A stretch of 64,000 nt of DNA from Eledone cirrhosa (taxonomy: Eukaryota), in the NCBI GenBank assembly GCA_964016885.1, contig OZ024747.1, forward strand, positions 19,406,001-19,470,000. The letters run 5' to 3'. A program made the position numbers and the translations under genes. Below, piece after piece: positions 51,996 to 64,000 of the stretch. The notes beneath the pieces were generated by a model, which saw only the letters and a program-made list of their open reading frames with translations, did not search any database and had not been told where the DNA came from. Numbering within the stretch: the stretch's first letter is position 1; each line of letters begins with the position of its first letter.

Positions 51996-52594
51996 ATAAC
52001 GAACAATCTACACGTGCAAATGGAGCGTTACAAAGCCACAACACAAATTCCTAAGTTCTATAACCAGCACTAGGTCACAGATGTGAGGTTGTGAGTTTGG
52101 TTTCCGGATTAGGCGGTACATTGTGTTCTTCAACAAGACACTTTCTTTCCCGTTGCTCCAGATTTGTAGATATGACGTGACGTCATTGATGGCAAGCTGT
52201 ATTGTCCTTTGGTTCCCCATTGGACAACATGGGTGGCGTGAACACGGTAGACTGGTATCCATGGTGGGCTTGTAGTCTTCCAGAAAACACCTTGACAGGG
52301 TCTCTGCCTCCGAAGCGTAAATTTGTAGGTGCAAATGCCATATATATATATATATATATATATAGATATATATATATATAGATATATATATATATATATG
52401 GGTATATATGTATATATATGTATATATATGTATATATATACCCATATCTGGCCCGGAGTAGTAGTACCTGTTAGGGCCCCATTTATGGGTTTAATAACTA
52501 CCTTATTCGAGTGGCGCCGGTAAGGTATTGTCAGCCATTGAAAATAAAATTAAAATAAAATATATATATATATACATACATACATATATATCTG

Positions 52595-52639
<45 letters not shown>

Positions 52640-52653
52640 TATATATATACATA

Positions 52654-52702
<49 letters not shown>

Positions 52703-52712
52703 CATATATATG

Positions 52713-52757
<45 letters not shown>

Positions 52758-52761
52758 ATAC

Positions 52762-52819
<58 letters not shown>

Positions 52820-53234
52820 TAATATATACTATAAGAATAAAAGAACAAAGATTCAGTGTTGCATCATAACATATTTAATAACATATTACATATGATTCAC
52901 TATCGATCAGCTCGAGGAACGACCTATTATTGACCGAACCTGACTCTGTAATCGAAAAATCATCATATATGGTTCCGTACACCTACACACACATATATAT
53001 ATATACATATACATATGCAGTACAAAGTGAAACCTACTACAGTCAGTAGGCACCTCTAACAAAAATACACCCCCGTCTCACTACCCCACCCCATCCCCAC
53101 CACCCCTTTCAATGTAAAGTTATGTTGCTACCACAACATCCAGTCCGAAACAAATGAGGTCGTGTAGGTGTCACGACAAAAAAAAACAACACACAGTCCA
53201 CGCTGTAATGTGGCCGTGTAGGTAACGCGGTAAA

Positions 53235-53419
53235 AACCTCCCAGTTCACACTGTAAACGTGGTTGGTGTTTGGAAGGGCATCCAGCCGTAGAAAACCCGC
53301 CAGACAGTCCTATGCGAGAAAGACAACCACTCTTGCCTCAAGTGGGAAAACTCCCGTCCAAACCCATGCAAGCATTTGATGGACGTTAAACGATGATGAT
53401 GATGATGATGATGATGATG

Positions 53420-53420
<1 letters not shown>
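53235..53420 (+). mobile_element. SINE/LINE 3' end with (GAT)n tail
   Basis: GGAAGGGCATCCAGCCGTAGAAAA..GGACGTTAAAC(GAT)n. Confidence 0.55.
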
Positions 53421-53477
<57 letters not shown>

Positions 53478-53670
53478 AGAAATGTTAGCTATCGCCGTAT
53501 TTTGACTAAAGAAATTAAAGAAATTATTTAGCCTGATAGTGGGGTTAAGAACCCTCGGAGAAATGGAAAAAGATGACTATTGGCGTATATATGTGTATAT
53601 ATATATGTGTGTGTTTGTATGTGAGTGTATGTGAGTGTGTGTGTCTGTGTGTGTCTGTGTCTGTGTGTGA

Positions 53671-53701
<31 letters not shown>

Positions 53702-54261
53702 ACGGAGCAAACTGCTCAGGGAATTAGGTATTCTACAGAGACGTGTGTTTTGAAAATCTTTTCAGCATACAACAGTGTGTGACAAGGCTGGCCCTTTGAA
53801 TATGCACTGTCCATTTGACGGATTTCTGCAAATTCTAAGTCTACACAATTTTCACCAGGCATGGGTTGACTTCAGGTTATCATAATGGACATTCTATAGG
53901 ATTGAATTCTTTTGAATTAATTATTGCAGTGCGAATTTCTGAAACATTTGGCAAAGCGTTATCCATCGTAAGTAAATGGTAAGAACATTTTACATCAGTT
54001 TTACCATGTTGCAAAATATGAGAGTGGTTTGGCATAAACGTCACCTTAGAAAATAGGTGATGATAATCAATTATTCAAAACGCCTTTAACCCTGTCGTAA
54101 CTATTTAGAAGAATTCTATTTAATAATAATTCTAATTAAAGCCTCCAACTGCGTGTTACAATCTTAGCAATAATCGCAATATATAGAAACTAATTAAGTT
54201 AAAAATATGTTTCAATTGACGTGCACGAGATATGGGAGTATGACATAACATGTTATTTCTA

Positions 54262-54295
<34 letters not shown>

Positions 54296-54297
<2 letters not shown>

Positions 54298-54420
54298 AAA
54301 GGAATTGTGGTAAGGAACCAGATGGACCATAACGCACCAGAGTACTCAATACTTAGGGTAGTAGAGTGGGAAATAGCCGTCGAAACGGCTTGAGCTCTGC
54401 CGTTGGGGTCATACTTTTTC
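54296..54420 (-). mobile_element. Family A mini-element (left arm deleted)
   Basis: Tail joined to the right arm at a GAAATAG microhomology. Confidence 0.8.
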
Positions 54421-54482
54421 TTATATATATATATATATAATATATATATATATATATACACACATATATGTTGTAGAGAGTT

Positions 54483-54640
54483 AGGGCCCGAAGGCTGAGC
54501 AAGACAGCAAATTCCAGTCTGGAATTTGCTGTCGAAATGGTATTTAATCTCTATTATATTTACAATCTATTATCCTCGTAAGTACCGACGAGTACTCTGC
54601 TTGGTTTAAAACGGGTATAATCATGATTTATCCCTCTTTC
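54483..54640 (+). mobile_element. Family A-related element
   Basis: Hairpin GACAGCAAATTCCAG-T-CTGGAATTTGCTGTC-GAAA; tail with GAGTACTCTG. Confidence 0.5.
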
Positions 54641-54802
54641 TCCCTCCCTCTCTATGTCACTACCCCCTCTCTCCCTCTGACTCTCAATATACATATATTT
54701 TTTTTTTAGGAACGATCGACTTTCGTCAAATCGGACCGAGGGAACAATGTTTCCGTTGGTCTTTCCAATTGCTAATACTATCTATCGGTCGCAACTCCAG
54801 GT

Positions 54803-54926
54803 AGAAGGAGCAACGTGAAATAAAGTGTCTTGCTCAAGGACATAACGCATCACCTGGTCCAGGAATCGAACTCACAACCTTACGATTGCGAATCCAATTC
54901 CCTAACCACACAGCCACACGCCTTCA
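54803..54926 (-). mobile_element. SINE S2
   Basis: Reverse complement of the S2 head and core. Confidence 0.8.
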
Positions 54927-55335
54927 CATATATATAAATGTTATATAACGGGATATTTCAATTGAAAATCAACTAGTATTTTTTACATACATTCAGAACA
55001 AATAATCTGTAAATTTAAATACATTCTTCTAGAAACAAGAAAAGAATGCAACACTTAAATTTTGTTCTTCTTCATTTGTATGGTTCGGACATTGCTATAT
55101 ATATCTTACACTGCTATATATATCTTACACTGCACTAAAATACTTCACTATGAGACTTTTAGGCCATTTTAACATATATGTATTTAAAGTTACATAATAT
55201 TTGTTCTGTATATATGAACGAATATTAGGTGTTCATCCATTGATATATCCTGTTATACTCTGTACTGAAATATGTATTGAGTTTTGTTGTAAGAAACATT
55301 ATCGATATATATTTTATATGTATTGATTAAACCTA

Positions 55336-55405
<70 letters not shown>

Positions 55406-55477
55406 TGAATAGAATGAAACGAAATTTCATTTCTCACTCTTAGTACGGCACTTACTTAAATGTAAGTATGTATGTAC

Positions 55478-55513
<36 letters not shown>

Positions 55514-55782
55514 ATTAAGGCTAAATAATGAGTCGCGTTACTCCTGAGTTTTACCTACTTGTGTCAATGGACCTGTTATTTTTATCTAAAGACATTTTTT
55601 ACAATGTACAACCCGCCCGTCCCTTCAATCTATCTTATTTCTCATTCTTTCTTTTGATGAAGGACTAGCGTCCTAAACGTTTAGACCCTCTTCCTGGTAT
55701 TTTAGGCGTTAACCTAATATATTCCTTTCCATATACTGTACCGATTGTGTTATTTCTGTTTACCTTTTACATACAAACACAA

Positions 55783-55814
<32 letters not shown>

Positions 55815-55817
55815 GTA

Positions 55818-55886
<69 letters not shown>

Positions 55887-56009
55887 GTATATACATATAT
55901 ATATATATATGGATGTAAATATGTAAATAGAGCTACAATTCTAATATATATATATGTATATATATACATATGTATATACATATATATATATATGTATATA
56001 TATATATGC

Positions 56010-56053
<44 letters not shown>

Positions 56054-56055
<2 letters not shown>

Positions 56056-56186
56056 CGAAGGAAATGTGGTAAGGAACCAGGTGGACCATAACGCACCAAA
56101 GTACTCAATACTTGAGGTAGTAGAGTGGGTAATAGGAACCAGTAAGACCCCGACAGCTGAGCTCAGCTGTCGGGGTCTTACTGGTT

Positions 56187-56188
<2 letters not shown>
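56054..56188 (-). mobile_element. Family A mini-element folded at GAGCTC
   Basis: Perfect palindrome GGAACCAGTAAGACCCCGACAGCTGAG|CTCAGCTGTCGGGGTCTTACTGGTTCC plus tail. Confidence 0.85.
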
Positions 56189-56277
<89 letters not shown>

Positions 56278-56598
56278 TGTATGTAAAAAGTAAACAGAAA
56301 TAACACAATCGGTACAGCATATGGAAAGGAATATATTAGATTAACGCTTAAAATACCAGGAAGAGGGTCTAAACGTTTAGGACGCTAGTCCTTCATCAAA
56401 AGAAAGAATGAGAAATAAGATAGATTGAAGGGACGGGCGGGTTGTAAATTGGAAAAAAGGTCTTTAGATAAAAATAACAGGTCCATTGACACATATATGG
56501 CCCTGTGTGAAGTAGGTAAAACTCAGGAGTAACGCGACTCATTATTTAGCCTTAATAAAACTATATATATGTATATATATATATATGTATATATATAA

Positions 56599-56768
56599 GT
56601 TATTCCGGGTTGAATCGGAGGAAACCACAGTAAGTAAGGTACTCAATACATAGCAGAGTTTAAAAGTTTTAATATAGAAGAGCTTCTACAGGACTAGAAC
56701 TGTTTCATTCGTGAGAAATCATCAGGGAGCTCCTCCCTGGTGATTTCTCACGAATGAAACAGTTCTAT
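56599..56768 (-). mobile_element. Family C mini-element
   Basis: Reverse orientation of 51232-51420 with a shorter second arm. Confidence 0.75.
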
Positions 56769-56913
56769 ATTAATGCTTATATATATAAATGTATATATAT
56801 ATCTATATCTATATATATATATATTAGGTTTAATCAATACATATAAAATATATATCGATAACGTTTCTTACAACAAAACTAACTCAATACATTTCAGTAC
56901 AGACCATGTATGG

Positions 56914-56975
<62 letters not shown>

Positions 56976-57341
56976 AATATATAAGGCATGTGAAAGCAGG
57001 ACATCTTAAAAATAATGTATCAAACATAGCTTACACATTAAAAATGTACCTTTTTCTTACACAAAACCATACAGACTCACCTAAGGAGTGTGTGTGATTT
57101 TGTGTAAGATATACAGCTCAAATTAAATCTAAATATATGTTTTTTACAAAACCAACTGCGTGCTTGTATGATTGCAATTATCCATGTATGTATTTGATAA
57201 TATATATTTGCCAAGGAAAGAAAAAAACGAATACACATACACACACTCACGCACAAACACACACATATATTTATCCATGCATACATATATACATAATTAT
57301 ATATGTTTATACATGTGCAGATGTATATGTCTATAAATATG

Positions 57342-57504
<163 letters not shown>

Positions 57505-58429
57505 ATTTATATATATATGTATGTACGTACGTATGTATTTATGCACCCACACATTAACAAACGTATAAATGTACTTACATGAAGCTATATTACTTAAATT
57601 ACGCTAATAGTCTATATTAATTGCATCGTAATTACGATATTGTATTTCCACGCAACATGAAATGAGTGGATTATCTCGCTTAATGTCCAATTTCTTTGTC
57701 GTGTTAGTGCATTTAACATGTTATCTACAATAAACAATGAATACGTATCCGTTTCTTCCATTTAAATTTGTTATTTGCCAATTCCATATTTGCTGAATAT
57801 AATTCTTCATGTTAAGAAAGCACTCCATTTAATGACGCTCTCTTTAAAATTTAGCATAAATTGTCTTAATAATTTAACGTACTCTCTAATTGTATGTAAA
57901 CGCATATTCGTATGTTTGCATTTGCATATGTTTAGTTTTGCGTGCATTTATTCGTATGCGAGTGTTCAGCAATATGTGTTTTTAAATTGAATGTCTTTCT
58001 TTGAACTTAAGTGTACCTCTACAGATACATGTAACTAGCATAATCGTAAATTATGAGTGCGGTTCTGTGTATTCTGCAATCTTGGTTCGTGCATAACAGA
58101 TACAACATGCAGAATAGATATAACACTAACGTATGTTTACTCAAATGAATTTCCAAACGCTACACCTACACTTCTAATTATGATTACCATATATACAAGC
58201 ATTGTATTATAATTTTCCATTGGATCTTGCAGTTTGTTTCGAATGCATGTTGTTCGCAGTTTGGTACTAGAAAACGGTTCGTTATTAAAAATCTTCTACA
58301 AGAGCCTCGGGTGAACAAAATATTTTGATACACATAAGGCATGGTGGACTTTCAAAACAAGCACACAAACACACACACACACGCGCATAATAATAGGGAA
58401 CATGGGAGGAATGGGGCAAACTCTACGCC

Positions 58430-58760
58430 CCTGATTACGTGGTACACTCCTCGCGAAAGAATTGCGGCTGTAGACAGCAAGCGATGACCTCTGCATGAAC
58501 CCAACGGAGCTTCTTTCTCAGACTGGATACACTCCTTCCGATTATGCGGAGGAAAAGGCTAGTCGGGGAACTGAGGATACCGGAGATCTCCACGGCAATC
58601 GGAACAAAGACCAACGGATCGGTCAAAAATCTGTATATGATCATCTTCTCTTCTCCTAAATTACCGGCGATGAGGCTTGAGAAATCCCAAAGCAAAGATT
58701 TCTCCATCAAACGCAAAAGGGTTATTCCATCTAAGCGTTACTGTCACGGCAGTCGAGGTT
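58430..58760 (-). mobile_element. Decayed CRE-like RLE retrotransposon C-terminus
   Basis: DGITLL..KSLLWDF...K..IY..L...VFVPIAVEISG...FLRIIG, then QRSSLAV (cf. RPDG..WD..KY..FVPIAVET.G..QR.SLAVQ). Confidence 0.6.
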
Positions 58761-59201
58761 GATATGTACAAATTGTAACGGAAAACCAGCTAGGCTAAGC
58801 AATAACAATGACTCAGATCCATTTGAAGTTCACGTTATCATTTCTAATTGTAGGTCAAACCGGAAAGATTCCGAGCTATGATTGAGGGCGTTGATAACGC
58901 GAACATCCTGTCTACTTAGATGTTTGTTTTATGAATGTATTATCGAAAGTTTCATTTCCTTTCCTTTTGCAAGACCATAATTTTGTTACTATTTCTAGTA
59001 CCCATGAGTGAGCGTTAATGCAAAATCTCGACATATTAGAGATTGCTGTGAAGTGACCCATTTATCACGCTGTACTCTCTTCAAGAGAAATTAAACATCG
59101 TCTAATGCAGTTCTATATACTATTAGACGGTCGATGTAAAAATAATCAAGCAAACACTCACTCATATGCATATCTATACGCAGATACGCAAATATAAAGA
59201 C

Positions 59202-59295
<94 letters not shown>

Positions 59296-59381
59296 GGGGA
59301 GAGAGAGGGTAATAAATATATAGATAAATGTATATATATTTGTGTATATATCTGTATGTACGAATAAAGCATACAAATGAT

Positions 59382-59444
<63 letters not shown>

Positions 59445-61486
59445 AATGGAGCGAAGGCGAGATAGAGGGATGGAGAAAAAGACCAGGTTTGCTGAATCGA
59501 TGTGTGTGTCTACTTTCCAAACACTGACATACTAGAGCAAACTAGCCACCACCGACATATCCACCACCGACATCACTAGTGGCGGGCTAACCGACCAATT
59601 GTTGCATTAGCATAACTTTTTACCTAAGCAGTACAAATCAAATCTATTTCTTGTTAGGAGAAACTCCCCCAATTCTTTATCGTTCATCATAATTCATTCA
59701 AAACCACCAAACCCAGCTTTCAAAATTCCTTTGATATGCAACCTTTCACAGTAGAAAAAAAGAAAAGAAACACAAAGAAAAAGAAAAAGAAACATCAAGA
59801 ACAGTGAAAATTATAATTTGTTTGCTTTCTTTCCTTTTACATGTTGTTGTTGATGTTGTTGTTATTGTTGTTGTTGAGATTGTTATTGTTGCTGTTGGTG
59901 TTGCTGGTCTTCATTATTCTTTTTCTAACATGATTCTGTGAGAGCTTCAAGTGAAATATTATCTTGCTGGTTGTAGCCACTTGATAATATTCTACAACCA
60001 CCGCCCAACACCCACACAAAAGCTTTCTACTCTCACCAACCACTTTCCCCACACAATCGAAGACGTCCGCATATACATAAAACCGTTCACACATATGTTT
60101 CTGCAACACAGACACGCGCATACACACGCAGACACATATCTATATATCTAATACACACTAAAATAACATGTAAATGTCTAAAGGCATAGCATACTGTATT
60201 ACACAGTCATCACCGTTTCACATAAACATATACTTACCTACACGCGTTTGCATATATACATAGAAACATGAAGACATGTACAGAAATCAACGTAGATCAA
60301 TTAGCAAGCACATGCAGATATGAGGTTAAACACACTTCTATAAGACGCTACACAGAACATACACACCTACGTAAAGATACACACATGGATGTATACTCAT
60401 ACACTGATACAGACCCGTACATATATATATATGTGTCTGTAAGAATGTATGATTATAAATATCTATACGTTAGTATATACAGAGACTGCTTCACACTCAT
60501 ATTTCAAGAACCCCCCCTCGCCCACAATATCTCTCTCTATAATCTATATGATCTGAAAAATTCCATTTTCTCTTTGTATCGTATGATATAATTTTCTCTT
60601 GGGGTCTTTTTACTATTTCCCTTTCAGGAGAGTTCCACATACTAATTTCCTTTCACATAGACTTTTAGAGAATTATGAATGTTTCCCAAATATCTCTGAG
60701 AGTTCTTCGGTTCAGCGAAAAAGCGAAAGAATGTTGAGATAGTGAGATTGCTATTTTTAAATGATAAATTTGAAAGAAATTTCTTTCCCCTCCACAGCCA
60801 ACACCTGCTGTTTCAAGTATAATTCTTTCTCTTCACTAGAGACCGAACTGACAAGAACATAAATCTGTTAATTCCCAAATTTCCTTCTTTCACGAAACTT
60901 AACTGTCTTGAAGTTGAAAACCTGTATTGGTCAGGGAGAGGGACGATAGGAAAATGAAAATGATTAAAATGTACGGAAAGAGAAAGAAATTAGTAAATGA
61001 GAAGAAGGGGGAGGCTGTGAGTGTATAGGAAAGATAATTCAGATCAATGGAGAGGTGGGTTTGGAGTGAAATGAAGTCAAAGAGAAAGAAACCTAAAATT
61101 CCCAAAATGCTTTTATTAATGGCAAACATAAATATGAAAGGTTATTCCGGAATTGTGATTCAATTGTGTTTCCTTGTCTGACTCGACAAATGATTTGACA
61201 TCTTCCTCTACAAACGAGCGCTGTTTATTCAAGAATTGTTAAAGCCACTATATAGATAGAGTGTGGTAGGCATGCTTTCTGAGACGTCCTAGTGCTTGGC
61301 AGGCACATGTTTCCAATCATGACATTAGCCCCGTCCTTTCCTCACGACAAATATAAATACATTTATATTTCAATGCTTTGTTTCATTCATATCTCACCAT
61401 TTAGTATCAGCTATCTACAAGGTACTTGCTTTAGATTGTCATTGTCATAATATCGGTGATCAGTTTTCTTGTATAGTCTTTCTTTC

Positions 61487-62281
61487 TATCCTATGGACAA
61501 CTTCCAGAAGTCCCTGGCCTGGCAGTGCTACCGAGGAGCTTTACCCGTTCGAGAAAGGCTCTACAGACACGGGCGCCCGGGTAGGGACCCCGCCAAAAAG
61601 ATCTGTCCCAGATGCGTGTGCGACGAGGAAACCGTTGCACACGCATTAGTACACTGCTCGGGCGTAGCCGATCTGTGGGGCTATGTCGAACAACTGCTGT
61701 CAAGGGTGGGACCGATCCGGTTGACCACCGAGTCTATTGTAATGATCAAGCCGCCCCCCCCTTCAAAGATGAAGCAGAGGCGGTGTTTCTGTGCGTAATA
61801 GCCATGGCGAAAGAGGTTGTATGGTGGACGCGTCTGAAAGGACTGAGGTCGGGCACCTTTCTCTCTGGCCAACAACTGGTCCGTTTCTTCCGATATCATT
61901 TCGGAAGAAGGATCAGGATGGAGAGAGAGGTGCTGCACCCCAGCCGTTTCTATGAAAGATGGGTGAAAGTGGCGAGAATGGCCCGTGTGAATGGGCCTTC
62001 ACTCTACATCAGACTATAGGTGAGGAAGATGAAAGACCAAGGGAGCACCCCTTCTCTGTGCTCCTGAGGAGAAGGGTTGCACACTTTTTTCGGGGGTGTG
62101 TGCGACCCCCCAAGGCGCCTCCTCTCTATTGAGGATTTTGTTAAAAATTTTATTTTTTGTTATATCTTATTTTATTTTTATATTTTGTTATTGCCTTCTC
62201 CTTATTGAGGACGCCTTTTTGTGTAAACTCCCCCCTTTGTACTTGTCCCACTTTTGATGCCCTAGTGGCAAATAAAAGAAA
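61487..62281 (+). mobile_element. Tx1/L1-clade LINE, 5'-truncated (zf-RVT C-terminus + 3'UTR)
   Basis: SLAWQCYRGALPVRERL..CPRC..EETVAHALVHC..LW, frameshift in the C-run at about 61755, then AKEVVWWTR..FYERW. The 3'UTR ends GTGGCAAATAAAAGAAA before (TATC)n. Confidence 0.85.
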
Positions 62282-62312
62282 TATATCTATCTTTGTATCT
62301 ATCTATCTATCT

Positions 62313-62358
62313 TTGTATTTGTCCCCTTCTTTTGTGCGCCTGTGGCTAATAAAGAAAC
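62313..62358 (+). mobile_element. Very short Tx1-type 3' end
   Basis: TTGTATTTGTCCCC..GTGGCTAATAAAGAAAC parallels 62237-62281, between (TATC)n arrays. Confidence 0.6.
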
Positions 62359-62359
62359 A

Positions 62360-62432
<73 letters not shown>
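62359..62432. repeat. (TATC)n microsatellite
   Basis: Direct reading. Confidence 0.95.
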
Positions 62433-62672
62433 GTAGGTTGAGGAAGATAAATAGAGGGAAGACGGGAACACCTACAAAACATGTTCCTGGTGTTGAGGGT
62501 TGTTCTATCCACGGGGGTGTAAAACAACCCCGCAGTAGCGTTACCCCCTAATGGGGATTTCAATTGTTTTATTTTTATATAATTTATTGTTATTTATTAT
62601 TGTTAAAGAATTTATGTAAAACCCCCGTTGCCACGTCTTGTAATGTCCCATTTTTGTATGCCTCTGTGGCAA
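62433..62672 (+). mobile_element. Third, diverged Tx1-type 3'UTR
   Basis: TAGGTTGAGGAAGAT..CGGGGGTG..CCCC..TGTAAAACCCCC..TGTCCCATTTTTG..GTGGCAA parallels 62017-62270. Confidence 0.65.
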
Positions 62673-63052
62673 TATCTACCCTTACACTGAAGCTTTGCTT
62701 GTATCTTAATAGCTGACTAAAATATAATCTATCTTAAACCTGTTTAAAGAAGACTGATCGGAGACATAACAATAAAAACAATACAATTAACAAGAATAAC
62801 ATAACCACTGTCAACACAAACAATGACTCAGTTCACACCATCAGCAACACTATAACCAAAACAACCAGCAACATGGCAACTACCAGTTTACCAACATGTA
62901 AATCACCAACGAACACAGCACTAACAGCAACGTCTCTGAAGCTTATTAGTTTCTATGTCAATCAGCACCACAAAATTGGCTTCTGATGTCCATGTGTGTA
63001 ATTGTGTGTATATGTGTGTGCATGTGTGTTTATGTGTGTGTGTGTGCGCGTG

Positions 63053-63086
<34 letters not shown>

Positions 63087-63524
63087 AGAGAGAGAGAGAG
63101 AAATGATTGGAGAATTTATGGTTTAGTAACTTAGTAAGAGGCAGAAGGGAGATTTTCCCATGATTCTTTTCACATAATTGATCTACTATCTGAAAGGACT
63201 TGATTTTTGTTATCAAAGCCAGAAACTAAAAGATCCTCTGATTTTTCTTTGGGCAAGATGAGCTTAAACCGCATATTAGTGCATCACTCCCAAACCCTAA
63301 GATCTTACAAGGGTTACGCTTTGTTTAAAATAAGAAGACGTAGATGGTTAAAGACCTTTTTGACGACTGGGTTACAAACATGTTTTGTTCTGCTGCAGAA
63401 ATGTATAGTACTAGTCGTAATATTTCTAAGAAAGCATCACCTATTTTTGAAAATGCAAGAAACCACTCAGTGAACATAAATAGGCTTTCACCTACAAATA
63501 AATAAGCGCGTGATAGCTAAATTC

Positions 63525-63612
<88 letters not shown>

Positions 63613-64000
63613 AAGAAAATAATTCGTGGGGTAATAAATCAACAATTAAAGATACCTGGAAAAGGATCAACCTCATGTATGCTGTAGATGAAAAAGCATG
63701 TGTCTAAAATGATGAAGTATAGACCAGAAGTTAGTGTACCTCATTCTTCTAGAAAATTCACTTTACCACCTCACTCCACACAACAGTCAATGACTTTTGA
63801 TGAGCGAACATACTCTATTACGATATTGTAAGTCAAAGATATTCCTTTACGTATTTCGCTTCAAATAATTTAGTAAACATATACTATACTTGTAATGTGT
63901 ATGTTTAAAAATTGTTACTTCATGCATATTATGTTTTGCGACGTAACTCTTCCGTTACAGGAGGGATATGTATATTGGTAAATAGGCGTACACACTGAGC

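Larger units (their letters stand above)
55260..56902. repeat. About 1.6-kb composite inverted duplication containing two tail-to-tail family B copies
   Basis: 55260-55340 vs 56821-56902, and 55510-55800 vs 56255-56562. Confidence 0.85.

Overview
AT-rich eukaryotic (animal) genomic DNA. The SINE complement and very high microsatellite density suggest a cephalopod such as Octopus (inference). No intact protein-coding gene is confidently visible, and almost all six-frame ORFs are microsatellite read-throughs. The window is dense in transposon remnants. (1) 5'-truncated R4/Dong-like RLE retrotransposons are stacked in (TATG)n arrays (1-1.4 kb, 22.4-23.3 kb). (2) Tx1/L1-type 3' ends are stacked in a (TATC)n array (61.5-62.7 kb). 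(3) Many Penelope-like elements (PLEs) sit in (TA)n arrays. Two keep GIY-YIG fragments and several carry hammerhead-ribozyme (HHR) motifs, and multiple tiny non-autonomous families share an 'inverted arm + arm + unpaired tail' architecture. (4) A decayed Charlie-type hAT transposon contains a nested Helitron. (5) There are many tRNA-derived SINEs, one of which captured a 147-bp inverted copy of nearby DNA inside its target-site duplication. (6) A tandemly duplicated palindrome is built from two convergent Pol III-like units. Fragments of RTE, Vingi/Ingi-like and CRE-like LINEs and a few weak candidate + strand exons are also present. All calls were made by eye and boundaries are approximate.
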